From: an uncultured Nitrososphaerota archaeon
GTDB lineage: Archaea; Thermoproteota; Nitrososphaeria; Conexivisphaerales; DTJL01
Assembly: GCA_963842885.1 (NCBI GenBank)
Contig: CAWJIE010000002.1
Location: 96,001-160,000, forward strand
Length of the DNA stretch: 64,000 nucleotides
Reading direction: 5' to 3'
Below the pieces are notes generated by a model that worked only from the letters and a program-made list of their open reading frames with translations, ran no database searches and had not been told where the DNA came from. The stretch's first letter is position 1. Each line of letters begins with the position of its first letter. Shown here piece by piece: positions 1 through 9,506 of this stretch. The position numbers were made by a program, and so were the translations under genes.

Positions 1-1
1 A

Positions 2-361
2 GATGACGACATCCTGGCGGAACTTCGAGAGATCCGGAAGCTGCTCACGCCCGCTCCTGCACCTACCCCCAAGAAGGGGTTCATGAATGAGTTCAAGACC
101 TTCCTGGAAAACTACAAGGTGCTGGGACTGGCGGTCGCATTCATCCTCGGCATCTACCTTGGAGCCCTGGTCAAGTCCCTGGTTACCGACCTGGTAATGC
201 CGATCGTATCGTACGCCCTCCCGAAAAACACCAACATCAACACGTACATGGTTGGCCCGTTTGGCATCGGCGACTTTGGCAATAGCGTCCTGACCTTCAT
301 CATCGTCGCTTTGGTCATCTTCCTGATTGTGAAGCTAGCTGAACGGGCGAACATCAAGTAA
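2..361 (+). CDS. mscL: Large-conductance mechanosensitive channel MscL family (5' end outside window)
   Basis: EFKTFL..YKVLGLAVAFILG..LVKSLVTDLVMP and GDFGNSVLTFIIVALVIF match MscL TM1/TM2; the frame is open from base 2 (DDDILAELREIRKLLTPAPAP). Confidence 0.88.
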   Translation, partial: DDDILAELREIRKLLTPAPAPTPKKGFMNEFKTFLENYKVLGLAVAFILGIYLGALVKSLVTDLVMPIVSYALPKNTNINTYMVGPFGIGDFGNSVLTFIIVALVIFLIVKLAERANIK

Positions 362-767
362 TTCGGCAAAGGGTATCGAATCGTTCGGTCAGCAGCTCTT
401 CGGGAGCTCATCGAAGGGCCCTCTTTTTTTCGCAGTCATCAACCAATCAATAAGCCTGTGCGAGACCCAGCTGCAGGGCATCTCAGAGAGCCGTTTCAGT
501 GGTTTCTCGATAGAGATTGGGGAACCTTTGTGGCCACGTTCCTCTACTATTACTGGAGCATCGCCCACGCCTTCGTCATCCCTTCGATCGACGGGCCCTA
601 GCTCCTCTACCTATTGCTTTCTCGCCTCTCAGACCTTTCAAGAGGATGTGCAGCGCTTTTTCTGATGCCGTCTCAGCAAACCAATAAACAAACTCACTTT
701 ACTATTAGACGGTTAAATTAGACATATCATCTGATGGATTGCAAAGGACCGCGAAAGCTCGATTCCT

Positions 768-795
768 ATTTGTCTAAGCCACAGCTTGGGCAAAC
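768..795 (-). repeat. Module F, 28-bp imperfect palindrome
   Basis: Reverse complement GTTTGCCCAAGCTGTGGCTTAGACAAAT matches 12705-12732 at 24/28 positions. Confidence 0.75.
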
Positions 796-950
796 TTAAA
801 GACCAATAACGGCCGTGGGCCAAGTGTTGCCCTCGATTTGGGGGGCGTCCACTTGAACTCCGCGGCCCCGGAGGCGTGTCTTGCGCCGTCATCAGGATGG
901 TCACTAACACCCAAATACGCCCTGCCCTACCAGTCTGAGAGGTACAGTGC

Positions 951-1937
951 TTGCAGGACATCATAGAGGTGGAAGACCTCGTCGTGGTGTATCCTGACGG
1001 AACGCGAGCTGTCGAAAATGTTTCATTTAGCGTCAAAGAGGGCGAGTTCTTCGGATTTCTAGGCCCGAACGGGGCGGGAAAGAGCACTACGATCAAGACT
1101 CTGACGACCCTTCTCCACAAGACCTCCGGCCAGGTCTCGGTCGCCGGTTATGACTTGGACAGGTTTCCAAAAGAGATCCGGAGGTCCATCGGCGTGCTGA
1201 CCCAGGAGACGAGCATAGACGTCGACCTCACCGGGAGGGAGAACCTGCGTCTCCAAGGGAGCCTGCAGCAGCTTCACGGCCAGGTTCTTGAGCGGCGTAT
1301 CGACGAACTGTTGAAATTGATGCGGCTGGAGGATGTAGCGAAGAAGCCCGCGGGTCGTTACTCCGGCGGAATGAAGAAGAGACTCGACTTGGCTTCGGCC
1401 CTGATTCACAAGCCGAAGCTCTTGTTCCTGGACGAGCCGACCAATGGCCTCGACCCTCAATCACGCTCCGCAATCTGGGAGTATCTGGAAGGCTTGAACA
1501 AGAATGAAGGCACCACGATCTTCTTGACTACGCAGTATCTGGAGGAAGCTGACCGGCTCTGCCGTGAGCTCTCGATAATCGACCACGGCAAGATCATCGC
1601 GAGTGGAACTCCTTCGGAGCTCAAGGCTGCGGTGGGAGGTGACAAGATCACTCTCACCTTGAAAGACGCATCGCTGAGAGCGAGGACGAGAGAGATCCTC
1701 AAGACGGTCCAAGGAGTCACCAACGTCATGGATTCGGACGACGGCGTTGTCGCCTATGCGAAGAACGCGGGCCAGATCATAGCTGACGTCGTTGCGACTT
1801 TGGACCGAAACGGCATCCGACCATCCTTCCTCAGCATCTCCTCTCCCACCTTGGACGACGTGTTCTTGCGCGAGACCGGTCGGAGCATCAGGCCCGAGGA
1901 GCTAACGAGGAAGGAGACGGAGCCGTTTCTTATGTGA
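951..1937 (+). CDS. ABC transporter ATP-binding protein (DrrA/NodI-like)
   Basis: Walker A GPNGAGKST, signature YSGGM, Walker B LFLDEPT. Confidence 0.95.
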   Translation: MQDIIEVEDLVVVYPDGTRAVENVSFSVKEGEFFGFLGPNGAGKSTTIKTLTTLLHKTSGQVSVAGYDLDRFPKEIRRSIGVLTQETSIDVDLTGRENLRLQGSLQQLHGQVLERRIDELLKLMRLEDVAKKPAGRYSGGMKKRLDLASALIHKPKLLFLDEPTNGLDPQSRSAIWEYLEGLNKNEGTTIFLTTQYLEEADRLCRELSIIDHGKIIASGTPSELKAAVGGDKITLTLKDASLRARTREILKTVQGVTNVMDSDDGVVAYAKNAGQIIADVVATLDRNGIRPSFLSISSPTLDDVFLRETGRSIRPEELTRKETEPFLM

Positions 1938-1946
1938 GCTGATTGG

Positions 1947-2714
1947 ATGACGATATTCCGCGACACGCAATCACTCTTGAAGAGGGGCCTGACAAAACTC
2001 GTCAGGAATCCAACCCTGCTTGCGACGAGTCTGGTCGAACCCTTGTTCTTTCTCCTGATCTTCTCGCAGCTGTTCCAGAAGCTAGGCGTCTTTCTGCCAG
2101 GCGAACCGGGAGGCTATCTTGCTTACCTTACTCCGGGGATTGTAATGTTTTGCGCCCTCATAACTTCTCCTCAGAGCGGAGTCTCGATCGCGAATGATCT
2201 GAATTCGGGGTTTCTCTCGAAGATGCTCCTGACTCAGGTATCGAGGCCTGCAATCCTATTGGGGAGGCTGCTGACGGATGTGTCCATGGTCGTAGCGCAG
2301 ACATTGATCACGATCATCGTTGCGATTGCGATGGGGGTGAGAATCTCCTCTGGGCTACCTGGAATCTTGCTCATGCTCCTGACGGTTGCGTTCTTTGAGC
2401 TGGCGTTTTCGGGGATCTTCCTTGCGATTGGGATGAGGACCAGGAAGACAGAGACGATCTCCGCCCTGGCTGGATTCCTCTATATGCCGCTGATCTTTTT
2501 GAGCAGCGCGATGTTTCCTGCTTCATTTTTCCCCTCTTGGGTGCAGACTATCTCCAGTTACAACCCCGTGAGCTACGCCTCGGACGTGACACGCGAGCTT
2601 GTACAGGGCGGACTGACCCTCAGTACGCTCGCGTCCGCGTACGCGTTGATCGGAGTCATCGCGATTGTCACCTTCGCAGCCACCCTGTACCAGTTCAGAA
2701 AGGTGATAAGCTAG
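1947..2714 (+). CDS. ABC-2 type permease
   Basis: About 6 TM segments, YLTPGI and NPVSYA motifs, directly after the ATPase gene. Confidence 0.93.
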   Translation: MTIFRDTQSLLKRGLTKLVRNPTLLATSLVEPLFFLLIFSQLFQKLGVFLPGEPGGYLAYLTPGIVMFCALITSPQSGVSIANDLNSGFLSKMLLTQVSRPAILLGRLLTDVSMVVAQTLITIIVAIAMGVRISSGLPGILLMLLTVAFFELAFSGIFLAIGMRTRKTETISALAGFLYMPLIFLSSAMFPASFFPSWVQTISSYNPVSYASDVTRELVQGGLTLSTLASAYALIGVIAIVTFAATLYQFRKVIS

Positions 2715-2721
2715 TCGACGG

Positions 2722-2949
2722 GTGATTGCGGCGTTCACATGCATCCGGGTGACCGTCACGAATACCATCGACAATTCCCCCTATTCGGTCAATATCAGGT
2801 TCCTTTCCGCCAGCCTGACGAGCCAGCTGGACTGGGCCTATGCCATAATCTGGTACCGGGGAATAGAGAGCGTGACTCCCTATGTCTACTGCATGATGGT
2901 CAACTCATCTGCTTTCATCGTCTCGATTCCCGGCGGCCCTCCGGTCTGA
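2722..2949 (+). pseudogene. Possible fragment of a secreted-protein gene
   Basis: Short ORF with beta-rich composition and no convincing start, ending just before module A. Confidence 0.3.
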
Positions 2950-2990
2950 CTTCAGGGGCGTTTGGTCTACCATTTCGCGCCCCCTAGACC

Positions 2991-3017
2991 AGCCCATTCG
3001 CAGGTCCAAGCCCACGT
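2991..3017 (-). repeat. Module A
   Basis: agcccattcgcaggtccaagcccacgt, the reverse complement of ACGTGGGCTTGGACCTGCGAATGGGCT. Confidence 0.9.
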
Positions 3018-3134
3018 CCTGAAACAAAGCTCGATCGATTATCAGCTCAACATTCATATCTTGGCAATACCTCAGTCTTCTACACGACCCAAGACAGTTC
3101 AGGTAAAACAGGGTACATTGCGATAGCCATCTTC

Positions 3135-3521
3135 TTGGTCGGGCTGGTGGCCTTCTTCGGACTTCAAGCATCTTTTGGGTCTGGTCTGCACACACAAATT
3201 CTTTGCAGCGAGAAGTTTGTTCTATGGGCGGCGACGGACTCATCGAACACCTCGCTTGTCATTTCTGTAACAAACAATGGGTGTGGCGCAGCGACCGTCA
3301 CTCAGGTCTTGTTTGACAACGCGTCGGTCGCGCTGAGCAGCATGACCCCTGAAGGGAATTTCACGAAAACCTCAGCCGGCGCTTTCCAACTGGCATCCGG
3401 GAAGACAGGAGAGCTGCTGATTGAGAAGTCCTCCCTAGACGTCAGTTCGGGACAGAGCTATGACATCTTGGTAATCACGGCAGCAGGGAACAGCTACCCT
3501 TCTCAGGGAGTCTGGCCGTGA
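3135..3521 (+). CDS. Membrane-anchored Ig/pilin-like hypothetical protein, possibly 5'-truncated
   Basis: Hydrophobic N-terminus; C-terminal YDILVITAAGNSY resembles archaeal pilin-like domains; frame stays open upstream towards module A. Confidence 0.55.
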   Translation: MVGLVAFFGLQASFGSGLHTQILCSEKFVLWAATDSSNTSLVISVTNNGCGAATVTQVLFDNASVALSSMTPEGNFTKTSAGAFQLASGKTGELLIEKSSLDVSSGQSYDILVITAAGNSYPSQGVWP

Positions 3522-3536
3522 GTTGCCTCTTCCTCA

Positions 3537-3607
3537 TCCAATTAATCAATTGTTTTCAATAACACAAAGATGAACGATCCCAGCCTATTTCGCAGGTCCA
3601 AGCCCCC
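3537..3607 (-). repeat. Module A+C composite
   Basis: Reverse complement closely matches 10385-10455. Confidence 0.9.
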
Positions 3608-3714
3608 GCCGCTTCACATAAGAGAGAGGAGCAAGCAAGTTCCACTAAAATCACGCGAGTTGAAGACTAGGACCGCGCCCCCCATTGAAGAGCAGCTTCC
3701 TCCTCACTTCGCTT

Positions 3715-4695
3715 TCATCCCGACCCGAGGACTATTGGAGCCATGATGTCCACGTTGAGGGTGACCTGATAACTTTGTCCGTTCATCAAGAGATTGACAA
3801 CTACAGTCTGTTCCTCGTAGGGGCTGTTCTGGGGAGCACTGACTGTAGTGAAGAAGTAGCGCACCTGATATGGCTGAATCGTAGTGACAAACGGCTGCGT
3901 TGAATATGGGGCGTTGAGGTCGTCTTGGTCATAGGACCACATCTTGAGCCAGCTGGCAGTCACCATGGTGGATAGTGATACACTGAGATTCGGAGCGTTC
4001 GCCGAGCTCGGCACATAGGCTATGCCCCAGAGTATGTTTTCGTGATGCCCCGGATTGACCACCACGCTGGGGTAAATCGGCAGTGGACTGCCTCTTGAGC
4101 CGGAGCCTATCAAGAAGACTGGCTCGGTGGGCTCAACAGGGACGGTGATGTTACCTGTTCCGAATGCGATGATGAGTGGCACCGTGGAGGGAGTGGCACT
4201 CGATGATGACACGACGCCGCCCGCCAGGTATAAGGTTGCATTGCCGCTGCCATCCGCGCCAATCGTGACCGAGGAAGCCGAGAGCCAGGCAGCAAGAGGG
4301 ACTTGAGGAAGGTCTAGAGCCAGGGGGATGGTTGTTCCAGGCTGCCCGCGGACTACGATTGGGAAGGCCTCCCCTGAGACCATACTGATTCCACCGTCGC
4401 TGAACGTGAAAGCGATACCACGACACGCTGCGTTCTCCACGGTCGCGTTGAAGCTCCCGTCGGTGAAGGTGAAGCCAGGCAGAGTCCAGCAGGATACTGT
4501 TGGATAGCTGTAGTTAGTGGTCGGCGTCGTTGTACGGAAAGTGATGGTTGGGAAGGGGGAGTTGTAGTAGCTGAAGGGCTGAGGTTGAGCTGTGGAGGAA
4601 GCTTTTGGCAAGACAACGACTGCAAGACCCGCCACGTCCAGGAGGAGCAGGGCAAACGCAATCGTCACCAATATCTTGCTGACCGCCCTTCTCAA
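3715..4695 (-). CDS. Secreted/membrane-anchored hypothetical protein
   Basis: 326-aa ORF, N-terminal signal/TM, Ser/Thr/Pro-rich beta-type body. Confidence 0.75.
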   Translation of the reverse strand: MRRAVSKILVTIAFALLLLDVAGLAVVVLPKASSTAQPQPFSYYNSPFPTITFRTTTPTTNYSYPTVSCWTLPGFTFTDGSFNATVENAACRGIAFTFSDGGISMVSGEAFPIVVRGQPGTTIPLALDLPQVPLAAWLSASSVTIGADGSGNATLYLAGGVVSSSSATPSTVPLIIAFGTGNITVPVEPTEPVFLIGSGSRGSPLPIYPSVVVNPGHHENILWGIAYVPSSANAPNLSVSLSTMVTASWLKMWSYDQDDLNAPYSTQPFVTTIQPYQVRYFFTTVSAPQNSPYEEQTVVVNLLMNGQSYQVTLNVDIMAPIVLGSG

Positions 4696-4830
4696 GCCAA
4701 ATCCAAGCTCATGGTACCGAGGGACAGCCCATAAACCTAGGCCTTAGAACGACTCGATTCTCTTCCAGACAAGACCCAGTTCAATCAGACGGTCGACAGA
4801 ACTAAATGCTAATAGGAAAGAGACGGCCAA

Positions 4831-5199
4831 ATGGAGGACAGACGTCTGATGGCAAGGCTGAGGCTGCACAGGCGGACGGCCATCCGTGTGGGCATGCTGC
4901 TCGTAGCCGTTTCCTTCGTGGGAGCCCTCATCGGGAGTGCGATCGCCAATGCTACACAATCCGACCCTCTGGCCTTCTATGCCGTGGGCGGGACAATAGG
5001 GTTCTCCGGCTTGATTCTGCTTCTAGTCTCTCCCTTCCTGCCTCAGCCTCGTGGGGATGAGTACCGTGGGATGGGTGACCTTCTGTCACAAGAGAAAGTC
5101 CACTACGGCAACTACGCAGTGGGCAACTGGCGGACCACCCTCGACGAGATGGACAAGGAAGACAAAGAGAAGCGAAAGCGTGAAACCGACCACCAGTAG
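4831..5199 (+). CDS. Small two-TM hypothetical protein
   Basis: Two hydrophobic helices and a charged tail; stop lies about 12 bp before an A/C repeat. Confidence 0.65.
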   Translation: MEDRRLMARLRLHRRTAIRVGMLLVAVSFVGALIGSAIANATQSDPLAFYAVGGTIGFSGLILLLVSPFLPQPRGDEYRGMGDLLSQEKVHYGNYAVGNWRTTLDEMDKEDKEKRKRETDHQ

Positions 5200-5210
5200 T
5201 CATCGAGAAG

Positions 5211-5258
5211 ACAGAGATGAACTGATTCAGCTCCATTCTTCCCAGGTCCAAGCCCACG
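5211..5258 (-). repeat. Module A plus partial C
   Basis: acagagatgaac...cccaggtccaagcccacg. Confidence 0.85.
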
Positions 5259-5635
5259 TTCCTAACCGGGCGGTTTATGTCGCTAGATTGAATCCGGCAA
5301 GCGTGTTCGGGCAGTGAACAGTATATCAGAAGGCAGCCATGCAGTTCTTCATATCAAACGGAGGACGATCGCCGCCGACGCAATCCTGCTCGTCATAGGT
5401 TTTGTCCTGCCCGTCCAGCCCACCAAGGCGCCGACGGCCACAGCTATAGCGCTGCTCGGATGAAAATGTGCAGAACCAAAGGCCGGAGCTGAACCAGGCT
5501 CCATATGAGCCGAAGGTCCAAACCGGTCTGCGCCTGGGAACACCATAGATTTCTCGGCAAGACAGGACGGCCGGAATGTGTTCTCTATGGTGCGACCGGC
5601 AAAACTTTATACATACGTAGGAATCCCACGTTCCC

Positions 5636-6859
5636 GTGAATTATCCCGGGGGAAGGCATAGCCTGAAGGTCTTCACGTCAATTCTGCTTGTTTCACTTGT
5701 GGCACTGTCGGGAGTGGGTGCCGTCCACGCCTCCGCCGTGGTCGCCACCGTGCAGGTCATCGGCAACCCGACCAACATGGTCTACGATTCCGGCCGGGGG
5801 GAGGTGTTCCTGACCTATTCCGGAAGTAACGGTGGTGGCGGGATTCAGTCCATCTTTGACAGCAACAACACCGCCGGCGGATATGTTGGGACTGGAGGAG
5901 GGTCTGCGCTCGCCTACGACTCGGCCAAGGGCGAGGTCTTCGTGAACGTCGGCCAGAATTTTGTCGCGATAGTGAACGACACCACACTTGGCATATCGGA
6001 CGTGCCTGTGGGGCAGGGCCCGGCCAGCCTCGCATACGATTCTGGCGCTGGCGAAGTATTCGTCGCCAACACCGGATCGGGCACCGTGTCGGTGATATCG
6101 GACAGCAGCAACGCGGTGGTGGCCAACATAACCGTGGCAGCAAATCCCACGGCCGTGGCCTACGACCCCGCAAAGAGCGAGGTGTTCGTGCTGTCCCACA
6201 ACAATACTGGCTCTCTAGGCGCCCTTCTATCGGTCATCTCGGACAGCTCCAATAAGGTGGTCGCGACGGTGAGCCTCGGGGCCGGCGCGGGGACCATGGC
6301 CTTCGATTCCGGGAAGGGGGAGATATTCGTGCAGTCCGTCGAGAGCATCCAGGTGATATCCGACAGCAGCAACAAGGTCGTCGCCAGCATACCTCTCGGC
6401 ACGGGGGACACCTACGCCATGGCCTACGATTCGGGCAAGGGCCTGATCCTGTTCACCGACGATCACGGCCTGAACGTGATATCGGACAGCAGCAATTCGA
6501 TCGTCGCGCTGGGCGTGACGGCTGCCGGGAGCGCTCCCTGGGGGCTCGCTTACGATCCGGCCACGAACGAGGTCTTCGTGGCCAACTACGGCCCAAACGA
6601 CGTCATGGAGTACACGGTCACGGTCCTGTCTGACGCTTCGTTGCCAACCTCGTCGACCACCACCACTACGACCACCACCACGACAACCACTACTCCGACA
6701 ACCACCTCTACACCCGGCAAGAGCGGAGGCGGCGTGCCGGAGTTCCCGTATCAGCTCCTCGCGGCGGCGGCCTTCACGGCCATCTTGATGCTCTCGTATC
6801 TGCTGGTCCGGTCCCGGGCCTTGCCGAAGGCTCCGGCGGCAGCGAGGAGAGCCTCGTAG
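5636..6859 (+). CDS. YVTN/YncE-type beta-propeller surface protein with PEF-CTERM sorting signal
   Basis: Repeated AYDS.KGEVFV..VISDSSN.VVA units, Thr-rich linker, then VPEFP + TM + basic tail. Confidence 0.9.
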   Translation: MNYPGGRHSLKVFTSILLVSLVALSGVGAVHASAVVATVQVIGNPTNMVYDSGRGEVFLTYSGSNGGGGIQSIFDSNNTAGGYVGTGGGSALAYDSAKGEVFVNVGQNFVAIVNDTTLGISDVPVGQGPASLAYDSGAGEVFVANTGSGTVSVISDSSNAVVANITVAANPTAVAYDPAKSEVFVLSHNNTGSLGALLSVISDSSNKVVATVSLGAGAGTMAFDSGKGEIFVQSVESIQVISDSSNKVVASIPLGTGDTYAMAYDSGKGLILFTDDHGLNVISDSSNSIVALGVTAAGSAPWGLAYDPATNEVFVANYGPNDVMEYTVTVLSDASLPTSSTTTTTTTTTTTTTPTTTSTPGKSGGGVPEFPYQLLAAAAFTAILMLSYLLVRSRALPKAPAAARRAS

Positions 6860-6891
6860 GGCGGACCTCCAATCGGCTCGGTGGCGGTTCC

Positions 6892-7827
6892 TTGATCAGG
6901 GTGGGGCGGGGGGACGCCAGGCTCGTGGCCTGGCTGGCGGTCACGTCCTTCGTCGCCGTCACCCTTTATCTTAGACAGCTGATGCTTCTGGTGTCGGGGC
7001 TCGATGAGCTCCTCACCTCGACCCTCGGGACCGTCTTTCCGGCGTATCCCTTCCTCGCCCTACTAGTCCTCCTCACCGCGCTCCGCTGGAAGGACTTCCA
7101 AAGGGCATTCGCTGCCGAAAGGGGGCTGGTCACCAAACCATGGATTCGGCTTGCAGGGGTGGCGTTGATCCTCCTTCCGGCAGCGCTGTGGGCCCTCTTG
7201 TTCGGCCAGGGAGGGGCGCCGACGCAGTATCTTGGGATGGAGTTGGCCGCCTCCTCTCTGGTGTTGGTAATATATGGCAGCCTGTTGGCGACCAGCCCCA
7301 CGCTCTGGAGGATGATGCTCCCCTACGCATCCCTGTATGTGGTAGGACTGGTCTCACCGCTCTTCTTAGTGGAGGCGCTGGGGGGGCAGCTGGCTTCCCT
7401 GTCGAGCGGAATGGCGGCCGTCATGACGAGAGCTCTTGGGATCCCAGTGGCATGGCAGGGCGTCTCGTTCTCCTTCGTCTCCGCTGCGGGTGAGCCCATA
7501 AGCTCGGTCGTGACGCCCGCCTGCTCGGCGGTCTACTCCATCGGCATATACCTGGGCCTCCTCGGCCTGATGTACTTGGACATGAGGTCCAGCCCGACGA
7601 CGATAGCCGAGTTCGCCATCCTAGGGGTAGCCATCATCCCGCTCCTCGACTCTGCGAGGATCGCCATCACGATCTGGTTCGGCTTCGAAGGCGGGTCGGC
7701 CGCGTTCTGGGGCATCCACGATTGGCTCGGCTACGCCCTCTTCCTGGCCTTCTACATCGGGGCCTTGCTGGCATACTCTAGGACGGTCAGTAGGCCTTCA
7801 GGGCCGGCAAGCACCTTCACACCCTGA
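6892..7827 (+). CDS. Exosortase/archaeosortase family protein (Cys type)
   Basis: Multi-TM; catalytic-type Cys (TPACSA), Arg (DSARI) and His (IHDWLG); adjacent to a PEF-CTERM substrate. Confidence 0.85.
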   Translation: MIRVGRGDARLVAWLAVTSFVAVTLYLRQLMLLVSGLDELLTSTLGTVFPAYPFLALLVLLTALRWKDFQRAFAAERGLVTKPWIRLAGVALILLPAALWALLFGQGGAPTQYLGMELAASSLVLVIYGSLLATSPTLWRMMLPYASLYVVGLVSPLFLVEALGGQLASLSSGMAAVMTRALGIPVAWQGVSFSFVSAAGEPISSVVTPACSAVYSIGIYLGLLGLMYLDMRSSPTTIAEFAILGVAIIPLLDSARIAITIWFGFEGGSAAFWGIHDWLGYALFLAFYIGALLAYSRTVSRPSGPASTFTP

Positions 7828-7886
7828 CCCCTGGCGCATTTAACTTCACATGAAACCCCACGCTTAACTTACAGCCTCCAAGGAGG

Positions 7887-7971
7887 GCCCGTTTTCGCAG
7901 GTCCAAGCCCACGCCGAAGATGGGCGGCTAACGAGACAGTAATCCTTCCCAGCATCGATAGATATCCAAAA
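7887..7971 (-). repeat. Module A (7887-7914) plus partial module B (7944-7971)
   Basis: gcccgttttcgcaggtccaagcccacgc and ccttcccagcatcgatagatatccaaaa. Confidence 0.85.
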
Positions 7972-8004
7972 GGGTCAAAAGCCCGCCTGCCTATACTCTC
8001 ACCA

Positions 8005-8157
8005 ATGCCAGTCTGCGACGTCTGCGGCAAGATCGTGAAAGACCTGAGAAGGCACAAGGCCCGTGGCCGCTGCGGCAAGAAGGGGAAGACGACGCGGGCG
8101 CCGCCTCGCAAGTACCAGCAGGGGACGCCCGAGTTCAGGTTGGGCCTGGACCTCTAG
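8005..8157 (+). CDS. 50-aa basic zinc-finger-like microprotein (not in ORF track)
   Basis: Manual translation MPVCDVCGKIVKDLRRHKARGRCGKKGKTTRAPPRKYQQGTPEFRLGLDL*, a CxxC..H..C pattern. Confidence 0.6.
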   Translation: MPVCDVCGKIVKDLRRHKARGRCGKKGKTTRAPPRKYQQGTPEFRLGLDL

Positions 8158-8294
8158 CTCTCTGGATGGAGGTCGCCGCGACCGTTGGGGCGACCATGGG
8201 ACTCGGCCAGTATCGCGACTATTAGGCTCAGGTCGAAAGGTAGGACGTAATCCGGGTGTTATGTTTATCTCCTTCACTGTGCGAAGCACGGCTC

Positions 8295-8522
8295 ATGACG
8301 CTATATGCGAGGGTGATGTCGTGGTGGACGGTCGGTCCGGGGGGCATCGCTGACAAGAACCTGTCAAAGAACCTGAGCAATATCATGGAGGCCATCCAGA
8401 GGGGCGGGGGGAAGATAACGAGCTTGACTTCTCAGCTTCAGGCCTTTCAGCTTCAGGCCATAAATCAGGGAGTAGTCCTGTACTTGATTCAGTACGAAGC
8501 TTCTTCCTACATCGATGTCTGA
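8295..8522 (+). CDS. Small hypothetical protein
   Basis: 75-aa ORF from ATG 8295 with an AT-rich TATA-like stretch upstream. Confidence 0.55.
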   Translation: MTLYARVMSWWTVGPGGIADKNLSKNLSNIMEAIQRGGGKITSLTSQLQAFQLQAINQGVVLYLIQYEASSYIDV

Positions 8523-8559
8523 CTCAGATCGGCTGTCTCGTGGCTAGTTTCGCATGCAC

Positions 8560-8633
8560 GTTGCTGCTGGAAAAGAAATCAATATCATTCAGCCGCCCAC
8601 CCCAGACGTGGGCTTGGACCTGCGAAGATGGGG
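8560..8633 (+). repeat. Partial module B (8560-8588) plus module A (8607-8633)
   Basis: gttgctgctggaaaagaaatcaatatcat ... cgtgggcttggacctgcgaagatggg. Confidence 0.9.
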
Positions 8634-8652
8634 TAAGGTTAGGAGCTCTGAG

Positions 8653-9141
8653 TTACGCGTGGGGTTTCGGGTCGCTGTTAAATGCCTCAGATACAGAAGT
8701 TGGACTGAGATGATTCACTCCGCCGTGGCCCTTGACTGGGGCTATGATCAGGACTCCGCTAGCGATAGCGAGGTAAGGTCCCGTCGCTGACCCAGGTGCC
8801 AGCGCGAAGCCCTGGATGTACATATCACAAAGCCACATGGCGACCGCCGCGAACACGATTCCTGCAGGGTACGCGGCCGAAAAATCGTAGTCCCTCAACA
8901 GCAAGAGGGTCAAGAGGAACGCGAGAGGGTACATGACAAGCACAATCGTGAGCAGATAATCTTGGGTGATCACTCCCCCGGTGTAATAACCGATGTCACC
9001 GCCCAAGACTAGGGAGTAGATGCCCCACAGCGACACGCCCGCTCTGTAATTGGTCGGGAGCCTGTTGGTGCTCACCCAGGGCAGGAACAGGGCGAGCAGA
9101 AGGAGTATCGTTCCGGCGATAACTATCCCCTTCCTGATCAA
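8653..9141 (-). CDS. Four-TM hypothetical membrane protein
   Basis: ALFLPW N-terminal motif and 4 TM segments. Confidence 0.7.
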   Translation of the reverse strand: MIRKGIVIAGTILLLLALFLPWVSTNRLPTNYRAGVSLWGIYSLVLGGDIGYYTGGVITQDYLLTIVLVMYPLAFLLTLLLLRDYDFSAAYPAGIVFAAVAMWLCDMYIQGFALAPGSATGPYLAIASGVLIIAPVKGHGGVNHLSPTSVSEAFNSDPKPHA

Positions 9142-9285
9142 ATCCTGAGGTCACCGAAACGAGCATCCCTTTTATGGTTTTACGAAAAGTTGAGCTGGCA
9201 GGTTTCGGCACGCCTCCGATAGCCACGCGTACGGGCATCGACCTCGATCTCCAACGTCAAAGAGCTTGAACCAAAGACCCGTGGA

Positions 9286-9437
9286 CGTGGGCTTGGACCT
9301 GCGAATGGGAGCCACCGTAGGATGCCCTTGGATATCTGTCGCTGCTGGAAAAGAAATCAATATCATCGGCCTGACCGACGACGACTTCTCAATCGCTTAA
9401 TCATCTTTGTGTTATTGAGAACAATAGGTTAATTGAA
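9286..9437 (+). repeat. Module A (9286-9309) + B (core 9331-9364) + linker + C (9401-9437)
   Basis: Most complete composite copy; B-linker-C recurs at 41438 and 58061. Confidence 0.92.
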
Positions 9438-9506
9438 CGAGGGCTGAAGACGGGACCTCGACCGTTCGGGAACCACTTATAGGCTGGCTCGAATATGTAA
9501 TCACTG

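Noticed and set aside
6655-6712. ACC/ACG-rich low-complexity repeat
   Set aside because: It simply encodes the Thr-rich linker of the surface protein.
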